From contig OZ249438.1 of NCBI GenBank assembly GCA_965235115.1, forward strand, positions 40,920,001 to 40,984,000: DNA of 64,000 nt, given 5' to 3'. The translations under genes and the position numbers were made by a program. Source of the DNA: Laetmonice hystrix (lineage: Eukaryota). The notes under the pieces are model-generated. The model saw nothing but the letters and a program-made list of their open reading frames with translations. It was not told the DNA's origin and made no database searches. Positions 47,901 through 59,900 of this stretch are shown one piece after another (positions within the stretch are counted from its first letter, which is position 1; each line of letters opens with the position of its first letter).

Positions 47901-50900
47901 GGTGTTTAATGTACAATTTGATGGTATGTAATGTACATCCTGGTGGTGTTTAATGTACAAGTTGATGGTATATGGATGCTGACAGCACTGGGTGGTGTTT
48001 AATGTACAAGTTGATGGTATGTAATGTACATCCTGGTGGTGTTTAATGTATGTTGATGGTATATGGATGCTGACAGCACTGGGTGGTGTTTAAGGTACAA
48101 GTTGATGGTATGTAATGTACATCCCGGTGGTGTTTAATGTAGGTTGATGGTATATGGATGCTGACAGCACTGGGTGGTGTTTAATGTACAATTTGATGGT
48201 ATGTAATGTACATCCTGGTGGTGTTTAATGTATGTTGATGGTATATGGATGCTGACAGCACTGGGTGGTGTTTAATGTACAAGTTGATGGTATGTAATGT
48301 ACATCCTGGTGGTGTTTAATGTATGTTGATGGTATATGGATGCTGACAGCACTGGGTGGTGTTTAATGTACAAGTTGATGGTATGTAATGTACATCCTGG
48401 TAGTGTTTAATGTATGTTGATGGTATATGGATGCTGACAGCACTGGGTGGTGTTTAATGTACAAGTTGATGGTATGTAATGTACATCCTGGTGGTGTTTA
48501 ATGTATGTTGATGGTATATGGATGCTGACAGCACTGGGTGGTGTTTAATGTACAAGTTGATGGTATGTAATGTACATCCTGGTGGTGTTTAATGTATGTT
48601 GATGGTATATGGATGCTGACAGCACTGGGTGGTGTTTAATGTACAAGTTGATGGTATGTAATGTACATCCTGGTGGTGTTTAATGTATGTTGATGGTATA
48701 TGGATGCTGACAGCACTGGGTGGTGTTTAATGTACATTTGCTAGTATGGAATGTACATCCTGGTTGTGTTTAATGTACAAGTTGATGGTATATAGATGCT
48801 GGTGGCGTGTTTTCAGATCGTCCAGGAGTATGAGAGGGCCATCATCTTCCGCCTGGGTCGGGCCTTGCACGGAGCACGAGGACCAGGTAAGATCAAGTCA
48901 GCCACGTTATGGGACATCATTCACCTCTAGGTTACATTAAACATTCAAATCATGGGACATCATTCACCTCTAGGTTACATTAAACATTCAAATCATGGGA
49001 CATCATTCACCTCTAGGTTACATTCAACATTCAAATCATGGGACATCATTCACCTCTAGGTTACATTAAACATTCAAATCATGGGACATCATTCAGCTCT
49101 AGGTTACATTAAACATTCAAATCATGGGACATCGTTCACCTCTAGGTTACATTAAACATTCAAATCATGGGACATCGTTCACCTCTAGGTTACATTAAAC
49201 ATTCAAATCATGGGACATCGTTCACCTCTAGGTTACATTAAACATTCAAATCATGGGACATCATTCATCTCTAGGTTACATTAAACATTCAAATCATGGG
49301 ACATCATTCACCTCTAGGTTACATTAAACATTCAAATCATGGGACATCATTCACCTCTAGGTTACATTAAACATTCAAATCATGGGACATCATTCAGCTC
49401 TAGGTTACATTAAACATTCAAATCATGGGACATCATTCACCTCTAGGTTACATTAAACATTCAAATCATGGGACATCATTCACCTCTAGGTTACATTAAA
49501 CATTCAAATCATGGGACATCATTCAGCTCTAGGTTACATTAAACATTCAAATCATGGGACATCATTCAGCTCTAGGTTACATTAAACATTCAAATCATGG
49601 GACATCATTCAGCTCTAGGTTACATTAAACATTCAAATCATGGGACATCATTCACCTCTAGGTTACATTAAACATTCAAATCATGGGACATCATTCACCT
49701 CTAGGTTACATTAAACATTCAAATCATGGGACATCATTCACCTCTAGGTTACATTAAACATTCAAATCATGGGACATCATTCACCTCTAGGTTACATTAA
49801 ACATTCAAATCATGGGACATCATTCACCTCTAGGTTACATTAAACATTCAAATCATGGGACATCATTCACCTCTAGGTTACATTAAACATTCAAATCATG
49901 GGACATCATTCACCTCTAGGTTACATTAAACATTCAAATCATGGGACATCATTCACCTCTAGGTTACATTAAACATTCAAATCATGGGACATCATTCACC
50001 TCTAGGTTACATTAAACATTCAAATCATGGGACATCATTCACCTCTAGGTTACATTAAACATTCAAATCATGGGACATCATTCACCTCTAGGTTACATTA
50101 AACATTCAAATCATGGGACATCATTCACCTCTAGGTTACATTAAACATTCAAATCATGGGACATCATTCACCTCTAGGTTACATTAAACATTCAAATCAT
50201 GGGACATCATTCACCTCTAGGTTACATTAAACATTCAAATCATGGGACATCATTCACCTCTAGGTTACATTAAACATTCAAATCATGGGACATCGTTCAC
50301 CTCTAGGTTACATTAAACATTCAAATCATGGGACATCGTTCATCTCTAGGTTACATTAAACATTCAAATCATGGGACATCATTCAGCTCTAGGTTACATT
50401 AAACATTCAAATCATGGGACATCATTCACCTCTAGGTTACATTAAACATTCAAATCATGGGACATCATTCACCTCTAGGTTACATTAAACATTCAAATCA
50501 TGGGACATCATTTACCTACAATAACAGTAAATGTTATTTCTCAAATATTGACGCTACGCTTCCACCCTTGATTACTCTACATGCCTCAAAAACTACATAT
50601 CAATCACAATCTATATTTTACTTTTCCTTTAATCATTATTAGTGTTCATTTTTAGCACGCCAACAATGTGCAGCTGTTTGAGGAGAGGACATGGTGATGA
50701 CATGATAATTGATTCCCCTGAACCCAGTGTAATTGAGCACAGTAACATTTATCGCGTTAACTGTTATGAGAATATCTAAGGTTATATCCACAGGAGGCAA
50801 CTATACAAAGGTGAGGGGTTGGTGGTTCGTTGACTGAATATCGCTGCCCGTCGTCGCTGTCTCAATTAATGTTTTGTAAACCTGGAGCGGGCAATGTTTG

Positions 50901-53900
50901 CTCAGGTCTCCACCAGACCTCAGGTCGAGTGGGAGCCCGGAGAGATGTAGTTACCCACCCTCCCGGAGGGTCCTCCCATAACGTTTAGCTTGAGCTATGA
51001 CATGTAGGGTGAACGGAAGGGGTGATCATGTTACCCGGACCCTGGCCAACATCGATCGACACGATCGTTTTATATACATACAGTATTGGTTTTCAGTAAC
51101 CATGGCAATAACATGTTATATTCATAAACCGCTTGGTGTACTCATAATCATCGTTATATAGACATTATCAGTGTTGGACGAAATTCTCTGTGCGCTGAGA
51201 CCACGACCNNNNNNNNNNNNNNNNNNNNNNNNNNNNNNNNNNNNNNNNNNNNNNNNNNNNNNNNNNNNNNNNNNNNNNNNNNNNNNNNNNNNNNNNNNNN
51301 NNNNNNNNNNNNNNNNNNNNNNNNNNNNNNNNNNNNNNNNNNNNNNNNNNNNNNNNNNNNNNNNNNNNNNNNNNNNNNNNNNNNNNNNNNNNNNNNNNNN
51401 NNNNNNNNNNNNNNNNNNNNNNNNNNNNNNNNNNGGCAGGCAGAAGCAGGGTGGGAGAACCGATCTACGATCGTTATTTCTTGTGTTGATAACATGCAGT
51501 ATACGGCATATATGGGCACTGATACACTGGGGGAGTATGGGAGGAATTAAGGAATTCGAAAGCAATGTACTTTTTTATTATTTCTTTTTTTAATTTAATT
51601 TTTTTTAAATGTTTTTTTTTTTATTTTACTAGTGTACAGTTAATTCTTTTTCTGACTTACAATGTAAAGGTCCTACAAATAAAACAATGATTGTTTTAGT
51701 AATTATTGATAATGAGAGTCGGGAAGAGTGCTGTCCGATATATGCACTGTTATCGATCTGGGGTACCCGGATAAAACATCCTGGAATCTTTCACCCAAAA
51801 ACTTGATATGGTAAATATTGTATTTATTATTTGTTTGATGGCAACGAAAGTAATAGATTTGTAAGGGAATATTGGAAGAGTTTTTATGCCTTTTGATTGA
51901 GTGTTTATTGCCAGCTTACAAACATATATATGAATTATAATGGTTATAATAGAATGGGATCTTTTCTGTGGCATGCGGGTTGTAAAATGTATTTGTTAGT
52001 TCCTCCACACGCCGTACCTACTTTCTAAATGATGCTATAGAGAGAACGTCATGTCCATCACGAATATCTCGACTCTCGATCCTCACCGCTTTGAGCGACA
52101 TCCATACGACTAATTTATCGTTAACTCCCCCCTAGCCCAACCCGAACATTCACACGGCTAATTTATCGTTAACTCCCCCCTAGCCCAACCCCAACATTCA
52201 CACGGCTAATTTATCGTTAACTCCCCCCTAGCCCAACCCGAACATTCACAAGGCTAATTTATCGTTAACTCCCCCCTAGCCCAACCCGAACATTCACACG
52301 GCTAATTTATCGTTAACTCCCCCCTAGCCCAACCCGAACATTCACACGGCTAATTTATCGTTAACTCCCCCCTAGCCCAACCCGAACATTCACACGGCTA
52401 ATTTATCGTTAACTCCCCCCTAGCCCAACCCGAACATTCACAAGGCTAATTTATCGTTAACTCCCCCCTAGCCCAACCTCAACATTCACACGGCTAATTT
52501 ATCGTTAACTCCCCCCTAGGCCAACCCGAACATAGCACGGACGAGAAGCTCTAACTGCGCATTAATCAAGTAAACTCCGGCTACCAGTAAAAACCTGTTC
52601 TGATATCGGATTCCATGCTGCATGGTCTGTCGGTAAACTGCCGTTATGAGAGTCCGGCTGTCCGGCGGACTACATGTCCTCCACCACCAGTATGGTTTGT
52701 CTGAGGGTCCGCCATGGCTGCCCGACGGACTACATGTCCTCCAGCACCAGTATGGTTTGTCTGAGGGTCCGCCATGGCTGCCCGACGGACTACATGTCCT
52801 CCAGCACCAGTATGGTTTGTCTGAGGGTCCGCCATGGCTGCCCGACGGACTACATGTCCTCCAGCACCAGTATGGTTTGTCTGAGGGTCTGCCATGGCTG
52901 CCCGGCGGACTACATGTCCTCCAGCACCAGTATGGTTTGTCTGAGGGTCCGCCATGGCTGCCCGGTGGACTACATGTCCTCCAGCACCAGTATGGTTTGT
53001 CTGAGGGTCCGCCATGGCTGCCCGACGGACTACATGTCCTCCAGCACCAGTATGGTTTGTCTGAGGGTCCGCCATGGCTGCCCGGTGGACTACATGTCCT
53101 CCAGCACCAGTATGGTTTGTCTGAGGGTCTGCCATGGCTGCCCGGTGGACTACATGTCCTCCACCACCAGTATGGTTTGTCTGTCCGGGGAGATGAGCCA
53201 GTGGCATGCCCCCAACCATCCTGGGTTGTGCCAGGCGTTTGGTGCCAATCACCTGGGAGAGACTGTTCAAATAGATAACATATCAATAGGGCCGCAACGT
53301 TTGGAGGGTGACCCCTGGTTGGCTGCCCCTCACCCCACCCAGGGCCGCCCTTCGATCCACACCCACCGGGGACAGTTTACTCGACCCACCCCTCACCCCA
53401 CCCAGGGCCCCCGCTCGATCCACACCCACCGGGGACAGTTTACTCGACCTGACCCTCACCCCATCCAGGGCCCCCACTCGATCCACACCCACCGGGGACA
53501 GTTTACTCGACCTGACCCTCACCCCACCCAGGGCCCCCGCTCGATCCACACCCACCGGGGACAGTTTACTCGACCTGACCCTCACCCCACCCAGGGCCCC
53601 CGCTCGATCCACACCCACCGGGGACAGTTTACTCGACCTGACCCTCACCCCACCCAGGGCCCCCGCTCGATCCACACCCACCGGTGACAGTTTACTCGAC
53701 CTGACCCTCACCCCACCCAGGGCCCCCGCTCGATCCACACCCACCGGGGACAGTTTACTCGACCTGACCCTCACCCCACCCAGGGCCCCCGCTCGATCCA
53801 CACCCACCGGAGACAGTTTACTCGACCTGACCCTCACCCCACCCAGGGCCGCCGCTCGATCCACACCCACCGGGGACAGTTTGCTCGACCTGACCCTCAC

Positions 53901-56900
53901 CCCACCCAGGGCCCCCGCTCGATCCACACCCACCGGGGACAGTTTGCTCGACCTGACCCTCACCCCACCCAGGGCCCCCGCTCGATCCACACCCACCCAG
54001 GGCCCCCGCTCGATCCACACCCACCGGGGACACTTTACTCGACCTGACCCTCACCCCACCCAGGGCCCCCGCTCGATCCACACCCACCGGGGACAGTTTG
54101 CTCGACCTGACCCTCACCCCATCCAGGGCCCCCACTCGATCCACACCCACCGGGGACAGTTTACTCGACCTGACCCTCACCCCACCCAGGGCCCCCACTC
54201 GATCCACACCCACCGGGGACAGTTTACTCGACCTGACCCTCACCCACCCAGGGCCACCGCTCGATCCACACCCACCGGGAACAGTTTACTCGACCTGACC
54301 CTCACCCCACCCAGGGCCCCCGCTCGATCCACACCCACCGGGGACAGTTTACTCGACCTGACCCTTACCCCACCCAGGGCCACCGCTCGATCCACACCCA
54401 CCGGGGACAGTATACTCGACCCACCCCTCACCCCACCCAGGGCCCCCGCTCGATCCACACCCACCGGGGACAGTTTACTCGACCTGACCCTCACCCCACC
54501 CAGGGCCCCCGCTCGATCCACACCCACCAGGGACAGTTTACTCGACCTGACCCTCACCCCACCCAGGGCCCCCGCTCGATCCACACCCACCGGGGACAGT
54601 TTACTCGACCTGACCCTCACCCCACCCAGGGCCCCCGCTCGATCCACACCCACCGGGGACAGTTTACTCGACCTGACCCTCACCCCACCCAGGGCCCCCG
54701 CTCGATCCACACCCACCGGGGACAGTTTACTCGACCCACCCCTCACCCCACCCAGGGCCCCCGCTCGATCCACACCCACCGGGGGCAGTTTACTCGACCT
54801 GACCTGCAGCTTGTCGACCAGGCGTCGTCAACCGTGGCTGCTCGCTCATTGATACTGCTTCGTCTTCAAATATCGCCCAGAAATGTCTCAATATCACATA
54901 GCTAGCGTCTCAATATCACATAGCTAACGGACGTCTAAAATACATTGTAGACGGCATTGAAAAAGAAGAACAACCCCAAAACATGTATTTCCTTTCTATA
55001 GCCCTATATTGTCTTCGGATCATAGAAGGGGGCATCATCGCCTCAGATCGGCGGAAACCCTACAGATATAGTCCTCAGTGGCACTCCAAACTCCAAAGGG
55101 TCGACCCTGACTCATTAAATCTGTAGGGCCTATAGGCCTACCGTATTGTCCTGTTGGCGTCATGACGTCACTAATGTAAGTGGTAACTTCGAGATCACCA
55201 CACAATTTTTTCTCTTCATGTCCCCAACAGGGCTCCGTAGCATATAGGTATCTTATAGACATCTTATAGAGCGGCTATCCATCGAACTGTAGAGATCGAG
55301 AAATGTGTGTCTAGATATAGGCCTTGATGCCATATTGATGTTTCTGTGATGGTACCGTAGGGCTGGTGCAGGCAGCCAGTGGACCGAGAATGCTGCTGTT
55401 CGCGCCAGCTGTTTGTTTAATATGACGTCACGTGGACGTAACGTCAGTGTCGTGTGACGCGCAGACGTTCCCTATCAACGACGCGGAAACCATCACGTGA
55501 CTGTAAACTTTAGGCCATTAGAACGCCGGAAGGTGTCAGCAAGGGGAGATAATTCGTGGAGTGAACCAGATTCTCAGCCTCTCGCGGCCACTCGTTAACG
55601 AACAATGGCCTGACCCGCAAGGCAGACCAAAACAAACACAATCTCATTTCCGGCTGGATTTACTCTGTATGTGTGGGGAAGGGATGTGTTTGGCTGGGGA
55701 TGGCTCGTGGGTAGGACAATAGTACGTTAATGATGGATGAGGCCGTGTATTCTACATGTAGGAGCAGCCCATCGCCGAACACAGATATATTAATCCTTCA
55801 CAGTCTGACGGCCAGGATGTGCCAGAGTTGTGTCAGTGATATTGTTAAGGATTCCGCAGCCACAGATAGGAGTGGGACTGTACCCACTGAAAAAACAAGA
55901 TCGTGCTATTAAAAATTATTTTTCTTTGGAATTCAAGAAATCATGGGAGAAAAACAATTCAAAAGAGGGACCCGGGCTCGAATTGTGTGATTGATGGGAA
56001 AATGCCGTTTAACAAAAATGGGCTCATTGTTGAATGTTTCATGATCCAGGCACTGAATGGGTACAATGGTAAGTGGGTTAATTAGTACAGCTCAGGTTTC
56101 TGGCGGATATTACAGACGGGAGCATGGATTTCAACTCCATCATCTTCTCCGACAGTTTTCATTCAGTAAAGTGATCGGAACGATGTCTTTTTAAAACTCC
56201 GTAATATCAAAGAATTTCAGTTGTGATCTTAGTTACAGAAAAAAAAGCACAAGGAAAGGACAATATACAGAAGAAATCGATTTGATTCTTCCATGATGAA
56301 TATCTCCTGTACGTGTGAGATAATATAATTAAGGGTCCCTCGTATAGGCGCGTATAGTTTTAACAGGATTCGGACCGACGAAAATGTCGATTGAGGAGGC
56401 GATGGGAGCAGGGCGAGGGTATATAACCCAATATGGGAGTGGGGGGAGACCTGGCAAAATCTAGGCGAGGATTGGGTGAGTCAGCCAATCTGTGGGAGTA
56501 TTCTAAATCTAGGCGAGGATTGGGTGAGTCAGCCAATCTGTGGGAGTATTCTAAATCTAGGCGAGGATTGGGTGAGTCAGCCAATCTGTGGGAGCATTCT
56601 ATATCTAGGCGAGGATTGGGTGAGTCAGCCAATCAGTGGGAGCATTCTATATCTAGGCGAGGATTGGGTGAGTCAGCCAATCTGTGGGAGTATTCTATAT
56701 CTAGGCGAGGATTGGGTGAGTCAGCCAATCAGTGGGAGCATTCTAAATCTAGGCGAGGATTGGGTGAGTCAGCCAATCTGTGGGAGTATTCTAAATCTAG
56801 GTGAGGATTGGGTGAGTCAGCCAATCTGTGGGAGCATTCTATATCTAGGTGAGGATTGGGTGAGTCAGCCAATCTGTGGGAGTATTCTATATCTAGGCGA

Positions 56901-59900
56901 GGATTGGGTGAGTCAGCCAATCAGTGGGAGCATTCTAAATCTAGGCGAGGATTGGGTGAGTCAGCCAATCTGTGGGAGTATTCTATATCTAGGCGAGGAT
57001 TGGGTGAGTCAGCCAATCTGTGGGAGTATTCTATATCTCCGCTCATGTCGCTCCCTTCGATCCTACCCAGGGAGAGAAAACACCAGTCGGTCTGAGAGTC
57101 AGGAGATCTGATAGAAAGTCCTGATATTGGACAGATCTTGATTACATGTCTCACTCACCGGAAGTCTGTGTCTCTGCTTCCAGGTCTATTCTTCATCATT
57201 CCATGCATGGACAACTTCGTCAAAGTCGATCTTCGCACAGTTTCATTCGATGTGCCGCCTCAAGAGGTAAGCTGTCTCAAACAGATTATATTATCTTTAA
57301 ACCAAAAGTTGAGAAAGAGAATGTTGACTAACTGTGTGGTGATGTGTATCTGACAGTTCCTTATTAGAACTTCATCCTATTACCTATTATTTTATTTCGT
57401 CTTCAAATATCGGCCAGAAATGTCTCAATATCACATAGCTAACGTCTCAATATCACATAGCTAACGGACGTCTAATACATTGTAGACGGCATTGAAAAAG
57501 AAGAACAACCCCAAAACATGCATGTATTTCCTTCCTATAGCCCTATATACTCTCTTCGGATCTTAGAAGGCGGCATCATCGCCTCAGATGATGCCTCCTA
57601 TTACGGCACGCATTAACTGAACTCTGGCCTGACACTATAAAGGCCTGTACCCACTAGCGCGTTTTACCGCTGCGGTCCACGCTGAGCGACAAAACGCGCT
57701 AGTGGGTTCAGGCCTTACGGCAAGCACCACCGCCTTCAGGAGATATGTGGACATTTCCGAATTACGTGGGAGTCCAAATTTTATCACGATGAATACAACA
57801 ATAACAGCTAAATGCCTGAACCCACTAGCGCGTTTTGTCGCTCAGCGTGGCCGCAGCGGTAAAACGCGCTAGTGGGTACAGGCCTTAAGTCGGGGAGAGT
57901 TGGACAGCGTGACATTTTGCTTTCCGTTTCTACCAGAATGGGATTAGATTGGCGGGTATGGGTCGGTGGTGACGCCGGGCCCACCGGTAGCCATCCCCGG
58001 CTGGCAGACCTAATCCAGGGATGGACCACGCCAGGTGAAGCTGGATTCAGACCGGATTAACAGCAGGGCTCGAGATACAGGCTCAGCCTATATACACATA
58101 TACACTATAATACCGGCCTGTCTAAATAACTGCAACTACACCAGGCTTGAAACACAATAACATACAGGGGCTTAGGGAAAGGGGGCAGGCCCCCCCCCAC
58201 TTTGAAATGTGGGGGGCCAGACTATCTTTTGCCCCCCCCCCCCACACTTTTTACTCAGGCAAACTTAAACGTCCCTGCCATAGGCCTATACCTTTTTTTG
58301 TGTTCTAAAATGCACTATAGGTCCCCAAAATAGCCTGAAATTTCTCCTGGGGGCCCCCAGCTTCGCGCCTTCGTCACTCATTTGCCCCCCCCCCCCCAAC
58401 TTCCCATGGCCTTCCTACGCCCCTGACATAGGCCTACATTAAAGCGACAGTGTCGTCCTTCAGCATTGTGGGATAGGCTGGCCATCCTAACGGTCGATGT
58501 GCTATTTATATACGCCAGTTCCTATGCTACAGCATAGGAACTGACGTCTATAAATAGCACATTGACCGTTAAGATAGAAGCCTATCACCCAATGCCGGAG
58601 GACGAGAGTGTCGCTTTAAACGATGGCTGGAATAAAACATACAAGGATCATGGCTATGGCGATGACATTAGAGTGTCCTGACGTTCCTCCAAGATTAATG
58701 AGAATTAAGCGAATAAATTACAATAAGGAAATCCATGTAGGCCGAGGAACATGAATTATTTTCTGAGATGATTGGTGGAATTCATAATTAGATTCATGCC
58801 AACCAACGCTTAAATGTCTTAAAATGGTTTTATTCAAGATGTGAGACCCCCCCCCCCGATACGAAACCAAATGATTGGTGGCCAGTGAATGGATAGTGCC
58901 TGTTGATGGTCTCCATGACTTCATCATGTCGTCAAGGAAATGGCGCCCACTGCCGGGCACTCGCCGCTTTCGTACATAGGCAAGGCCAAATTAATGGCTG
59001 CTTCCATGTAAAGTGTCTATGCGGGATGTCGAGATGCATTAGATCTAGGTCACATTATGTTCTGTTCGCCCATGAAGCGATTTGTCTAGATTTTTTTCCC
59101 GTGGTTTTGTCTCGCGCACCACTAGGTCTCTACCTCGCAAGACCTGTATCGAATTTCTGCGACCATGTCCCAGTGAAAAGGGGCGAGTTGATTGCCGCCT
59201 CTTTCAGGCCCTTGAATACTGCTGTCCCATGCATAAAACATGGCAATCCGATGTGGTTGTATGTATATTATTGGCGGGGTTGTCGGGACATGCTGGAAGG
59301 GCAGCGGTAGGTTAATAATGGTTGGTAAGGGCGGTCAGAGAGAGCGACCCGGCGGTAGGCGGGGGTCGCCTGGCTAGGGACAGGTAATGGGCCTCCGACT
59401 GCCTGCCTACTCTCAACGATCATCCCGCACATCTTCATCTTAAATCTAGGTCGGTGACGATTGGTCGTGGCAGCAGCCAGGCCATATTGAACACAGACCA
59501 GAGTAGGTGTCAATTGTATCCGAGAACCCAGGGGCGGAAGTATAAAAATGACATGTTAGGACTGTTTCCACCGGAAGTCAGAGACTGTTTTAGTAAGGAG
59601 GTATAAGATACTGAATGTTTATCACAGATGGAATCTATATAAATCTGCTGACTTACTTATGTAAATCTTAAAAATGTACTTTTTATAATTTTACAATCTT
59701 TATACTTACATACCTCTCAATGGAGTGTGTATTGAAAGTGTATAATAAAGATTTTTAAGGCGATTTTGACGTCGGCGATACATGGCCGACATTTCTGCCG
59801 CACCTCGGCGATATCAACCCATTTGTCGGCTCAGTGAAAACAAAAATCGCCGACATGTCGGCCATCACTCAGCGACGTCGCTTGGCCAAGAGACGTTCAC

